From NCBI RefSeq assembly GCF_001899075.1, contig NZ_MKVA01000002.1:261468-325467 (forward strand): 64,000 bases of DNA. The letters are read 5' to 3'. Numbering within the stretch: the stretch's first letter is position 1; each line of letters opens with the position of its first letter. Origin of the DNA: Devosia sp. 67-54 (lineage in GTDB: Bacteria; Pseudomonadota; Alphaproteobacteria; Rhizobiales; Devosiaceae). Of this stretch, positions 20,699-29,498 are shown one piece after another. The notes beneath the pieces were generated by a model, which saw only the letters and a program-made list of their open reading frames with translations, made no database searches and had not been told where the DNA came from. Made by a program: the position numbers and the translations under genes.

Positions 20699-20847
20699 AG
20701 CACGACAGCAATTTTCCGGTCGACCATCTGCGCCAGCGCGACCTGCCCGATGCGCCGCTGGCGATGCCGCGGCAGGTGCTCGAGCGCCGGCTCGAATGGG
20801 GCGGCGTGCTGCGGCTCTTCCAGCTCGTCCGCCTGCGGCGGGGGTGA
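20695..20847 (+). CDS. 50-codon ORF between opgG and opgH (opgI-like, or a detached OpgH N-terminus)
   Basis: Not in the track (<60 aa). ATG 20695 overlaps the opgG stop (ATGA). Translation: MKHDSNFPVDHLRQRDLPDAPLAMPRQVLERRLEWGGVLRLFQLVRLRRG*. It is in the same frame as opgH, separated by a single TGA (20845..20847) and 12 codons. Confidence 0.4.
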   Translation: MKHDSNFPVDHLRQRDLPDAPLAMPRQVLERRLEWGGVLRLFQLVRLRRG

Positions 20848-20883
20848 GGCGGTGCCGCCGCACCCCATAAGGATCGTCGCCTG

Positions 20884-22635
20884 ATGGCGCTCACGCTCAG
20901 ATGGGTGGCGTTCGCCGCGAGCGGCCTCGCGGCGCTGCTGGCGGCGTGGCTGTTCGTGCTGCTGGCGCGCGCCGACGGCTGGACGTCGCTCGACAGCATC
21001 CGGCTGGTCTTGTCGAGCCTCTGCATGTTCTGGCTCGCCTGGGGCACCATGTCGGGGGTGCTGGGGCTGTTGCCATTGCGGCCCGACGGCGCCGGGGGGC
21101 CGGGGCCGCGGCGGATGCAGGCGGGGCGGCGCACGGCGCTGCTGATGCCGATCTACCATGAGGACCCGCCCTCCACGTTCGCGCGCGTCGCGGCGATGAG
21201 CGCGCGGCTCACCGCGACCGGCGCGCACCAGCACATCGACATCTTCATTCTGTCCGACAGCCAGTCGCTGGAGGCGGCGGCGCGCGAGGCGCTGTGGTTC
21301 GAGACGCTGCTCACCGAATGCGCGGCGCGCGAGCAGATCTTCTACCGCCGCCGCGACCGCAACAGCGGCCGCAAGGCCGGCAATGTCGAGGATTTCATCC
21401 GCCGCTCGGGCGGCGCCTACGACTACGCGCTGGTGCTCGACGCCGACAGCCTGATGGAGGCCGACGCCATCGCTGGCATGATCGCGCGGATGGACGCGAC
21501 GCCCGACCTCGGGCTGCTGCAATCGCTGCCGCTGATCGTCAACGCGCATTCGATCTTCGGCCGGGTGCTGCAGTTCTCGGCCAATCTCTACACCCCGGTG
21601 TTCGCGCGCGGCACGGCGCTGCTGCAGGGCCGGGACGGGCCGTATTGGGGGCACAATGCAATCTTTCGCGTCGAGGCCTTCGCGCAAAGCTGCGGCCTGC
21701 CCGAGCTCAGCGGCAAGCCGCCCTTCGGCGGACAGATCCTCAGCCACGACTATGTCGAGGCGGCGCTGCTGTCGCGTGCCGGCTACGAGGTGCGGCTCGA
21801 CCCCGGGATCGGCGGCTCGTTCGAGGAGGGGCCGGACAATCTCATCGATTTCGCCAAGCGCGACCAGCGCTGGTGCCAGGGCAATCTGCAGCACATGCGG
21901 GTGCTGCTGGCGCCGAACCTGCATGCGTGGAACCGCATCACGCTCCTGCAGGGCATCTTCAACTACCTGATGCCGCCGGTGTGGCTGGTGCTGCTGATCG
22001 TGTCCATCGCGGCGGCCGACATGGCGCGCATCGGGCGCAATTCGGTGCCGCCGGGCTGGGTCGGCTGGGGACTGATCGGCTCGGTCACGGCGCTGCTGGT
22101 GCTGCCCAAGCTGCTGATCGCGCTGAGCCATATCGCGGCCGGGCGCACAGCCGGCCTCAAGGGCGGGGCGCTGCTGCTGCTGTCGGTGCTGGCCGAGCTG
22201 GTGGTGTCGACGCTGACCGCGCCGATCGTGCTGATGTTCCAGGTGCGCGCCGTGCTGCGCGTGCTGTCGGGGTTCGACGGCGGCTGGCCGGCGAGCAACC
22301 GCACCGGCAGCGTGCTGACGCTGCGCCAGGCCTGGGCCAGCGCCTGGTGGATCAGCTGCTGCGGCGGGGTGGCGCTGGCGGTGGTGATCTGGGCCAGCCC
22401 GACGCTGGTGATCTGGAGCCTGCCGGTGGCGCTGCCGATGATCCTCGCGCCGCTGCTGATCTCGGTCACCAGCCTGCCGGCGGGCGTGCTCAAGGTGCTG
22501 TGGCAGGCGCCGCACGAGACCGCGCCGGCGCCGGTGCTGCTCGAATGGCAGGCGGTGCAGGCGCGCTGGACCGGCGCGGCCGACAGCATGGGGCCGCATC
22601 TGCCGGAGCGGGAGGCCGCCAATGTCCTCGGCTGA
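20884..22635 (+). CDS. opgH: glucans biosynthesis glucosyltransferase H
   Basis: 583-aa ORF. TALLMPIYHEDP, FYRRRDRNSGRKAGNVEDF, VLDADSLM, YWGHNAIFRV, ILSHDYVEAALL and KRDQRWCQGNLQH match OpgH/MdoH. Confidence 0.92.
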   Translation: MALTLRWVAFAASGLAALLAAWLFVLLARADGWTSLDSIRLVLSSLCMFWLAWGTMSGVLGLLPLRPDGAGGPGPRRMQAGRRTALLMPIYHEDPPSTFARVAAMSARLTATGAHQHIDIFILSDSQSLEAAAREALWFETLLTECAAREQIFYRRRDRNSGRKAGNVEDFIRRSGGAYDYALVLDADSLMEADAIAGMIARMDATPDLGLLQSLPLIVNAHSIFGRVLQFSANLYTPVFARGTALLQGRDGPYWGHNAIFRVEAFAQSCGLPELSGKPPFGGQILSHDYVEAALLSRAGYEVRLDPGIGGSFEEGPDNLIDFAKRDQRWCQGNLQHMRVLLAPNLHAWNRITLLQGIFNYLMPPVWLVLLIVSIAAADMARIGRNSVPPGWVGWGLIGSVTALLVLPKLLIALSHIAAGRTAGLKGGALLLLSVLAELVVSTLTAPIVLMFQVRAVLRVLSGFDGGWPASNRTGSVLTLRQAWASAWWISCCGGVALAVVIWASPTLVIWSLPVALPMILAPLLISVTSLPAGVLKVLWQAPHETAPAPVLLEWQAVQARWTGAADSMGPHLPEREAANVLG

Positions 22636-23824
22636 GCGGCGCCTCGGCACGGCGCCGGCGCAGCGCGACCAGCGGCTCGACATGTTCCGGGGCCTGGCGC
22701 TGCTGATGATCTTCATCGATCACGCGCCGGGCACGCTGTACGAGAATTTCACCAGCCGGAACTACGGCTTTTCCGATGCGGCGGAAGCCTTCGTGCTGAT
22801 GTCGGGGATCGCGGCGGGCATCGCCTATTCGCCGCAGCTGAGGGGCGACGGGCCGCTGTGGCCGGGGATCGCGCGGGTGTGGGCGCGGGCGCGGACGCTG
22901 TATCTCGTGCACGTCACCACCACGGCGCTGGCGCTGGCGGTGTTCGCGGCGGCGGCGCTGTGGTTCGGCATCACCGCGCCGCTCGGCACCAACAACATCC
23001 CGCCGCTGTTCGAGCGGCCGCTGGCGGCGATGATCGGGCTGCCGCTGCTGACGCACCAGCTCGGCTATTTCAACATCCTGCCGCTCTATCTCGTGCTGCT
23101 GCTGGCGGCGCCGGCGCTGCTGATCGTGGGGCGGCGGCATCCCTGGCCGGTGATCGTCGGCTCGATCCTGCTCTGGGCGGCGGCCGGGCAGTGGCACCTC
23201 AACCTGCCGAACTATCCCAATCCGGGCGGCTGGTTCTTCAACCCGCTGAGCTGGCAGCTGATCTTCGTCGTCGGGCTGTTCTCGGGCGTCGCCATGCGCG
23301 AGCGTCGGGCGCTGGTGCCGTACGACAGCACGCTGTTCATCGCCGCGGCGGTGCTGGTGGTGGTGGTCGGCTTCTGGATGAAGCTCGACTGGCTCGGCAC
23401 GTTCGGGCGCGACCAAGTGCTGGCGCCGCTCAGCCATCTCGGCTTTCCCGACTATTTCGTGTGGTTCGACAAGAGCCTGCTGGCGCTGCCGCGGCTGCTG
23501 CACGCGCTGGCGCTGGCCTATGTGCTGAGCTCGATGCCGGTGGTGCGCAGCATTGCCGAGAGCCCGGCCGCGGCACCGCTGACGCTGCTCGGCCGGCACG
23601 GGCTGCCGGTGTTCGCCACCGGCTCGGTGCTCGACATGGTGCTGCAGGCGATCAAGGCGGCGATCGGGCAGGACCCGTTCAACGACGGCGTGCTGTTCCT
23701 TGCCGGCATCCTGATCATGCTGGCGCTGGCCGACGTGCTCGACCGGCTGAAGCCGGGCAAGCGTCCGGCGGCGCGCCTGCGCCTGTCGGCGGCGGGCGAC
23801 CTGGCCGTGAGCCGGCTGCCATGA
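22622..23824 (+). CDS. opgC: OpgC-family membrane protein (Rhodobacter-type OPG succinyltransferase family)
   Basis: 400-aa ORF. RDQRLDMFRGLALLMIFIDHAPG is the typical N-terminus of the OpgC family. Multi-TM. Overlaps the opgH end by 14 nt, with GGGAGG SD. Confidence 0.8.
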   Translation: MSSAERRLGTAPAQRDQRLDMFRGLALLMIFIDHAPGTLYENFTSRNYGFSDAAEAFVLMSGIAAGIAYSPQLRGDGPLWPGIARVWARARTLYLVHVTTTALALAVFAAAALWFGITAPLGTNNIPPLFERPLAAMIGLPLLTHQLGYFNILPLYLVLLLAAPALLIVGRRHPWPVIVGSILLWAAAGQWHLNLPNYPNPGGWFFNPLSWQLIFVVGLFSGVAMRERRALVPYDSTLFIAAAVLVVVVGFWMKLDWLGTFGRDQVLAPLSHLGFPDYFVWFDKSLLALPRLLHALALAYVLSSMPVVRSIAESPAAAPLTLLGRHGLPVFATGSVLDMVLQAIKAAIGQDPFNDGVLFLAGILIMLALADVLDRLKPGKRPAARLRLSAAGDLAVSRLP

Positions 23825-25005
23825 GCGTGCTCGAGACCGATGCGGCGGTTGCCGCTCTCCGCCGGCCGTTCGGGCTGAGGCTGCCGCTGGCGGTGACGAT
23901 CGCGCTGATCCCGGCGGCGTTCGTGGTGGCCGGCCTCGTCATCCGCTATTTCGCCTATGCCGCGGCGGTGCCCGACGAGACGCTCGCGGGCTTTCCGATG
24001 GGGCTCTGCCGCTGGGATTGCGGCTGGTACGTCTACATCGCCGAGCACGGCTACCATCCGTTTCCGACGCCGGGGATGAACGCGGCAGGGAACTGGGCGT
24101 TCTTTCCGCTGATGCCGGTGTTCGTCGGCGCCGTGCGCTGGCTGACGCAATGGCCGACGATGACGCTCGCCACCGGCCTTTCGATCGCCATGTCGTATGC
24201 GACGGCGGTGCTCGCCTGGCCGCTGCTGGGGCGCAACCTGCGGGCCTATACGCTGTTCTCGGCGTACCTGCTGGCGGGGCCATGGTCGGTCTACTTCACC
24301 ACCTTCATGAGCGAGGCGGCGTTCATCCTGCTCACCACCGGCGTGCTGCTGGCGCTCGAGCGGCGGAACTATCTGGTCGCCGGGCTGGTGGCCGGGCTGC
24401 TGTCGGCGACGCGCATCGTCGGGGTGATGATGGCGGTGGCGATGCTGGTGCAATTGTTCGCCGAGCATCGCGCCGCCGGCAGGCCGCTGCGCCGCTTCGT
24501 GCCGGATCTGCTGCGGCGGCCGGACGTGGTGCTGGGGCTGCTGCTGGCGCCGCTCGGGGCGTTCGTCTACATGGCGTTCCTCAATTGGTGGATCGGCGAC
24601 GGGCTGGCGTTCGTGCACGTGCAGCGCGCCTGGGCGCGGGCCTATGGCAACCCGCTGCAGTTCCTGTGGGAGGCGCTGGCCAGCATGCCCAAGGGCGGCT
24701 GGACGCCGACCGCGCCGCAACAGCTGGCGGCGGCGGTGATCACCGGCTTCGTGCTGATCGGCGTGCTGTTCTGGCGGCGCAAATGGGCGGGCGGCACGTT
24801 CAGCCTGATCGCGCTGACGATCCCGCTGTTCGCCGGCATGGCCTCGACGCTGCGCTTCACCGCGGCGCTGGCGCCGCTCGCCATCGAGGGGGCCAAGATC
24901 CTCGGCGCCAACCGCATCGTGTTCGCGGCGGCGCTGCTGGGGTTCCTCGCCGCCGACTATTTCGTCACCATCGGCTGGATCAGCGGGGCGCTGAGCCTTG
25001 TCTAG
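23821..25005 (+). CDS. polytopic membrane protein, GT-C / PIG-V-like (mannosyltransferase family 2-like) glycosyltransferase
   Basis: ATG 23821 inside track ORF 22858..25005, ATGA overlap with the opgC stop. Motif RWDCGWYVYIAEHGY ... FFPLMP resembles the WD..WY..IA..GY / FFPLyP signature of PIG-V-like proteins. About 10 predicted TM segments. Confidence 0.7.
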   Translation: MSVLETDAAVAALRRPFGLRLPLAVTIALIPAAFVVAGLVIRYFAYAAAVPDETLAGFPMGLCRWDCGWYVYIAEHGYHPFPTPGMNAAGNWAFFPLMPVFVGAVRWLTQWPTMTLATGLSIAMSYATAVLAWPLLGRNLRAYTLFSAYLLAGPWSVYFTTFMSEAAFILLTTGVLLALERRNYLVAGLVAGLLSATRIVGVMMAVAMLVQLFAEHRAAGRPLRRFVPDLLRRPDVVLGLLLAPLGAFVYMAFLNWWIGDGLAFVHVQRAWARAYGNPLQFLWEALASMPKGGWTPTAPQQLAAAVITGFVLIGVLFWRRKWAGGTFSLIALTIPLFAGMASTLRFTAALAPLAIEGAKILGANRIVFAAALLGFLAADYFVTIGWISGALSLV

Positions 25006-25027
25006 CGCGGTACATGAACAGGTGGCT

Positions 25028-25070
25028 GTGGCCCCCACCCCCGTCCCCTCCCCGCGAGGGGGAGGGGGGC
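25028..25070 (+). repeat. family-A REP-like unit
   Basis: GTGGCCCCCACCCCCGTCCCCTCCCCGCGAGGGGGAGGGGGGC, just after the GT-C gene stop. Confidence 0.85.
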
Positions 25071-25108
25071 CTGACTTCGGGCCTGGCGGTCGCGGCGCCC
25101 GCAGTGGA

Positions 25109-25681
25109 GTGCTGCTCTATGGCGTGGCGGCGCTGGTGGCGCTGTTCGAGCTGGGCGTCGCCTGGGTGGCGCTGCATCCGCACGTGCCGGCGGACTATCG
25201 GGCGTATTATCTCGACCGCAGCACCACCTGCCTCAACGAGCCGGTGCCGGGCACCTATTCGGCCGGCACCGAGATTCCGTTCCGCTCGGGCTATGAGCAT
25301 GCGATCACGCCGCTGCGCGTCTGCGGCTGGGAAGGGCCGGCCGGCGACGGGCTGCATGCGGTGGGCGAAAGCGCGCGGCTGCGCTTCCGGCTCGACGGGC
25401 CGGTGCGCGAGCGGACGCTGACGCTCGAGATGGTGGCGGTGGATTTCGCCGGACCGCGCGGACAGCCGGTGGTGGTGACGGTCAATGGCCGCAAGGCGGG
25501 CACGGTGCGGGTGCTGCCGGGGACGCCGCAGCGTTTCACCCTGCCGCTGCCGGAGACGGTGCCGGCGGCCGACGCCACGGTGGATGTCGAGCTCGGCTTC
25601 CCCGACGCGATCCGGGTCGATCCGACCGATTCCAACACGCGCAAGCGCTCGATCAAGCTCACCGCCGCGCGCGTCGGCTGA
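25109..25681 (+). CDS. hypothetical single-pass membrane protein with a periplasmic domain
   Basis: Track ORF 24998..25681. The first ~35 codons are REP sequence (APTPVPSPRGGGG), so I prefer the GTG at 25109 (VLLYGVAALVALFELGVAWVAL TM helix). No family recognised. Confidence 0.5.
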   Translation: MLLYGVAALVALFELGVAWVALHPHVPADYRAYYLDRSTTCLNEPVPGTYSAGTEIPFRSGYEHAITPLRVCGWEGPAGDGLHAVGESARLRFRLDGPVRERTLTLEMVAVDFAGPRGQPVVVTVNGRKAGTVRVLPGTPQRFTLPLPETVPAADATVDVELGFPDAIRVDPTDSNTRKRSIKLTAARVG

Positions 25682-25730
25682 GGCGGCCTCCGGCATTTTC
25701 CGGCTTGTCTGCGAGAGGCGCGCGCGGCAG

Positions 25731-25749
25731 AGTTAGTAAACCGGTTTAC
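25731..25749. promoter_or_regulatory. candidate LacI-family operator (AGTTAGTAAACCGGTTTAC; perfect 14-bp palindrome GTAAACCGGTTTAC at 25736..25749)
   Basis: Perfect palindrome with a central CG, 35 nt upstream of the adenine deaminase 1 start. An identical 19-mer recurs at 35627..35645. Confidence 0.65.
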
Positions 25750-25783
25750 CAGCTCGGGGGAGCGCAAGATCGACACCGATGAT

Positions 25784-27631
25784 TTGATCCTCGACGCCGA
25801 GGCGGAGATCGCCATCCGGCAGCATCTGGTGCTGGTGGCGCTCGGCAGGCGTCCGGCCGATCTCGCCATCGAGGTGGGGCGGCTGCTGTCGGTGTATTCG
25901 CGCAGCTGGATGGCGGAGCAGGAGATCATCGTCGCCGGGCGGCGGATCGCCTATGTCGGGCCGGTCGGCTCGTATCGCGGCACGGTGCGCGAGCGGGTGC
26001 GCCATCCGGGGCTGAGTGCGGTGCCGGGGCTGGGCGAGGTGCACAAGCACATCGAATCCACCCACATCACGCCGGAGTTCGAGGCCGAGCTGGTGCTGCC
26101 GCGCGGCAATACCTGGACGTGCGAGGCGAGCCACGAATTCGCCAACGTCAACGGGTCGCGCAACATCGAGTTCTGGCAGAAGGCGCGGCGCGCCGGCTCG
26201 CCGCTGAAGGTGTTCATCCAGCCCGGCTCGGCAGTGCCGCCGAGCGCCTGGGAGGAGAGCGGCGGGTCCTACGGCCACGACGAGCAGCAGCGGTTCGTTT
26301 CGCAGCATCTCGACGTCACCAGCCTCGACGAGGTGATGGACTGGCCGGCGGTGTGGAACCCGGACAATCCCGGCTACGCCCGGATGTGGGGACTGATCGG
26401 GGCGACGCTGGCCGGCCGCGCGGTGGTCGAGGGGCACGGCTCGGGCCTCACCGATGCGCACGACATCTCGGCCTTCGCCGCGGCGGGGCTGAGCTCGGAC
26501 CATGAGGTGTGGGCGCTGGAGGAGGCGTGGGACCGGCTGGAGCGTGGCATCTTCACCGAGCTCAGGCCGTTCTCCTACGACGCGATCATTCCGGGGCTGC
26601 TCGCGCGCGGCCTGCCGGACTGGCAGGATGTCGCCTTCACCACCGACGACCGCTCGGCGTCGGAGACGCTGGAGCTGGGAGCGTCGGACCACAATGTGCG
26701 GCACGCCATCCAGTACGGGCTCAAGCCCGAGATCGCCATCCAGTGCGCCACCATCAATCCGGCGCGGCACATGCGGATCGAGCAGTGGGTGGGGTCGGTG
26801 GCGCCGGGGCGATACGCAGACCTGGTGCTGCTCGACGATGTGGAGACGTTCAGGATCGCCGGGGTCTATGCCGACGGCCGGCGGGTCGGCGAGGGCACGC
26901 GCTATGTGGGCCCCGAGGTGCGGATCGGCTGGCCGGACTGGGCGAGCCGCACCGTCAAGGTCGGGCGCGAGCTCAGCGCGAAAGATTTCGCCATCAAGGC
27001 CGAGCCGGGGCGCGCGACCATGCAGGCGGCGGTGCTCAGGCCGTTCCACTGGAACGAGGATTTCCTGGTCGAGGAGCTGCCGGTCGCGGACGGCGAGGTG
27101 CAGCGCGACACGGCGCGGATGATCACCAAATGGGCGCTGGTCGACCGCTATCGCGGCGACGGCGCGGTGGCCGCGATGTTCTGGACCGGCTGCGGGCCGG
27201 CCGACCCGGACACCGCGCTCGCCTGTTCGGTGGCGCATGACAGCCACAATATCTGGGCCGTCGGCTCGTCGGACGCGGCGATGGCGATGGCGGTCAACCG
27301 GCTCGAGGCGATGCAGGGCGGCTGGGCGCTGGTGCATCGCGGCAAGCTCGTCGCCGAGGTGCGGCTCGAGATCGCGGGGCTGATGACGGCGCGGCCGGCG
27401 GAGGCGTTCGACGACGAGATGCAGGCGTTCTATCGGGCGGCGGGCAAGGTCGAATGGATGTACCAGCCGTCGGCGCTCAACCTGTGGAAGCCGGGCTTTC
27501 CGGAATTCCTCAAATTCGCGACGCTCACCTGCAGCCCGTGGCGCTGGGTGCTGGTGGCGCCGTCCAAGGCGGCGCCCGAGGGCTTCGTCAACGTGCAGAC
27601 CGGGGAGACGCACAAGGTGGTGTGGGCATGA
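25784..27631 (+). CDS. adenine deaminase family amidohydrolase (paralog 1)
   Basis: 615-aa ORF starting with TTG. GEVHKHIEST (HxH metal motif), DDRSA, INPARHM. Same length class as the characterised Agrobacterium-type adenine deaminase. Confidence 0.85.
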   Translation: MILDAEAEIAIRQHLVLVALGRRPADLAIEVGRLLSVYSRSWMAEQEIIVAGRRIAYVGPVGSYRGTVRERVRHPGLSAVPGLGEVHKHIESTHITPEFEAELVLPRGNTWTCEASHEFANVNGSRNIEFWQKARRAGSPLKVFIQPGSAVPPSAWEESGGSYGHDEQQRFVSQHLDVTSLDEVMDWPAVWNPDNPGYARMWGLIGATLAGRAVVEGHGSGLTDAHDISAFAAAGLSSDHEVWALEEAWDRLERGIFTELRPFSYDAIIPGLLARGLPDWQDVAFTTDDRSASETLELGASDHNVRHAIQYGLKPEIAIQCATINPARHMRIEQWVGSVAPGRYADLVLLDDVETFRIAGVYADGRRVGEGTRYVGPEVRIGWPDWASRTVKVGRELSAKDFAIKAEPGRATMQAAVLRPFHWNEDFLVEELPVADGEVQRDTARMITKWALVDRYRGDGAVAAMFWTGCGPADPDTALACSVAHDSHNIWAVGSSDAAMAMAVNRLEAMQGGWALVHRGKLVAEVRLEIAGLMTARPAEAFDDEMQAFYRAAGKVEWMYQPSALNLWKPGFPEFLKFATLTCSPWRWVLVAPSKAAPEGFVNVQTGETHKVVWA

Positions 27632-28194
27632 GCCGCAAGGTGTACCTGGCGGGGCCGGAGGTGTTCCTGCCCAATGCGCGCGAGCAGCTCGACATCAAGA
27701 TCGCGCTCACCCGCGCGGCGGGGCTGATCCCGGTGTCGCCGGGGGATTTCGTGGTGCCGCCGCAGCCGACCAAGCGGCTGTTCGGGCGGGCGATCAGCGA
27801 GATCGACGAAAAGATGATGGATGCGGCCGACGCCATCATCGCCAACCTCACGCCGTATCACGGCATCAACGCCGACACCGGCACCTGCTACGAGCTCGGC
27901 TATATGTGCGCGCAGGGCAAGCTCGCCTATGGCTACACCAATGTGGCGGACGACCACCGCACGCGCACGATCAACTACTACAAGGGCGCGGTGCAGGCCG
28001 ATGCGTCGGGCCGGCTGCGCGGCGCCGACGGGCTGGCGGTCGAGGACGTCGACATGGCCGACAATCTGATGATGCAGGGCGGCATCGAGCGGCGCGGCGG
28101 GCAGGTGATCGTGCACGCCGCGGCGCCGGAGCGGGTGTACACCGACACCACGGCGTTCGAGATGTGCCTCAGGCTGCTGGCGGCGCGGGAGTAG
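27628..28194 (+). CDS. nucleoside 2-deoxyribosyltransferase-family protein
   Basis: ATG 27628 inside track ORF 27454..28194, ATGA overlap with the deaminase stop. MSRKVYLAGPEVF and DTGTCYELGY (family catalytic Glu context). Confidence 0.8.
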   Translation: MSRKVYLAGPEVFLPNAREQLDIKIALTRAAGLIPVSPGDFVVPPQPTKRLFGRAISEIDEKMMDAADAIIANLTPYHGINADTGTCYELGYMCAQGKLAYGYTNVADDHRTRTINYYKGAVQADASGRLRGADGLAVEDVDMADNLMMQGGIERRGGQVIVHAAAPERVYTDTTAFEMCLRLLAARE

Positions 28195-28262
28195 AACCAA
28201 ATTGTAGTATCGGTGCTGAACCTTGCGTGTTGCGGGAAGCATCGCTCGAACTGATGGATCGC

Positions 28263-28541
28263 ACCCCTCACCCGGCTTCTAGGCTCGCTGCGCTCGCCAA
28301 GGCGCCGACCCCGGATCGGGTCCGGGGCAGGCTCTCTCCCCTGAGGGGCGAGGTGAGGCTGACTGAGAGATCACGGGAAAGCTGAAAGTCCGCAGTCGGA
28401 TCCTCCCCTACGCCGCAGGCATGGGAGGAGGTGGCGGCGAAGCCGACAGAGGGGCGGCCGCTTGCGCTGAGCGGGGGGCCGCCCCCTCCACCAGCTTCGC
28501 TGGTCCCCCTCCCCCGTAAACGGGAGAGGAGTCCCGACTGA
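28263..28541. repeat. composite of a family-B unit (28263..28365) and an inverted pair of family-C units (approximate)
   Basis: B unit: CCCCTCACCCGGCTTCTAGGCTCGCTGCGCTCGCCAAGGCGC...CTCTCCCCTGAGGGGCGAGGTGAGGCTGACTG. It fills the convergent gap between the NDT-family gene and the nucleoside permease gene. Confidence 0.75.
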
Positions 28542-28550
28542 GGCATTGCG

Positions 28551-29498
28551 CTAGGCCTTGACGCCGCGCAGGGCGAGGGCGCGCTGGGCGCGGTAGGAGA
28601 ACAGCAGCAGCGCGAGGATGGTGACCGCGAAGGGGATCATGCGGATCAGCTCGGGCGGGATCCAGGGGTAGTGGCCGGGCAGCACGTTGGTGAGGCCGTC
28701 GAAGGCGCCGAACAGCAGCGCCGCGAACATCACGCCCACCGGGTGGCGGGCGCCGAGCAGCACGGCGCCGAGCGCGATGAAGCCGCGGCCGGCGGTCATG
28801 TTGGCGGTGAAGCCGATGAAGTTGAACATCGCGAGCTGGGCGCCGCCGAGGCCGGCGAGCGCGCCCGAAACGATCAGGCTCCAGAAGCGCACGGCGTTGA
28901 CCGGAATGCCCGCCGCTTCCGGGGCGGCGGGATATTCGCCGACGGCGCGCAGCCACAGGCCCCAGGGGGTGCGGTAGAGGAAGTACCAGATGGCAAAGAC
29001 CAGGAAGGCCGCGACCCAGCTCAGCAGCGAATGGCCGGAGAAGATGGCGACCAGCGCCGGGCCGATGCCGGGGATGGCGCCGAGAAAGCTCAGATCGACC
29101 GCGGGGACGGCGCCCGAGGGCAGATTGATCGAGGTGCCCTTGTCGCCGCCGGTGGCGAGCGACAGCGCGAACACGGTGCCGCCGGTCGCCAGCGCGCCGA
29201 TGGCGAAGCCGACGATGATGATGTCGGCCTTCATGCGCAGATGGAAGAAGGCCATGACCAGCCCGACCGCGGCGCCGGCGCCGATGCCGGCGAGGACGCC
29301 GACATACCAGGGCGCATAGTGCGAGACGATCACCGCGGTGAGGCAGCCGATCAGCATGATGCCGTCGAGCGCGACGTTGAGGGCGCCGCTGAGGTCGGAG
29401 ATGAGGCCGCCCAGCGTCGCCAGCAGCAGCGGCGTCGAGGTGCGGATGACGGTCGCGAGGAAGGCGGCCGAAAACACGGTGAGCAGGAACTCGTTCAT
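28551..29498 (-). CDS. nucleoside/simple-sugar-type ABC transporter permease
   Basis: Track ORF 28551..29960 trimmed to the ATG at 29498 (MNEFLLTVFSAAFLATVIRTSTPLLLATLGG). ATGA overlap with the upstream permease. Confidence 0.85.
   Translation of the reverse strand: MNEFLLTVFSAAFLATVIRTSTPLLLATLGGLISDLSGALNVALDGIMLIGCLTAVIVSHYAPWYVGVLAGIGAGAAVGLVMAFFHLRMKADIIIVGFAIGALATGGTVFALSLATGGDKGTSINLPSGAVPAVDLSFLGAIPGIGPALVAIFSGHSLLSWVAAFLVFAIWYFLYRTPWGLWLRAVGEYPAAPEAAGIPVNAVRFWSLIVSGALAGLGGAQLAMFNFIGFTANMTAGRGFIALGAVLLGARHPVGVMFAALLFGAFDGLTNVLPGHYPWIPPELIRMIPFAVTILALLLFSYRAQRALALRGVKA

Noticed and set aside
20845-20847. In-frame TGA before opgH read as selenocysteine
   Set aside because: No SECIS-like hairpin is evident immediately downstream. 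OpgH is not a known selenoprotein, and the position is not catalytic. A stop, readthrough or sequencing error is more plausible.
24998-25108. ATG at 24998 as the start of the hypothetical protein
   Set aside because: The first ~35 codons are entirely the family-A REP unit. A start downstream of the repeat (GTG 25109) is more credible, though unproven.
25784-28194. Adenine deaminase plus NDT-family pair as an anti-phage module (RADAR-like deaminase or nucleotide-depletion defence)
   Set aside because: There is no partner ATPase, no mobile or defence-island context, and no GC dip. The pair carries the same LacI-type operator as a nucleoside ABC importer/hydrolase operon. Purine salvage or catabolism is the simpler reading.
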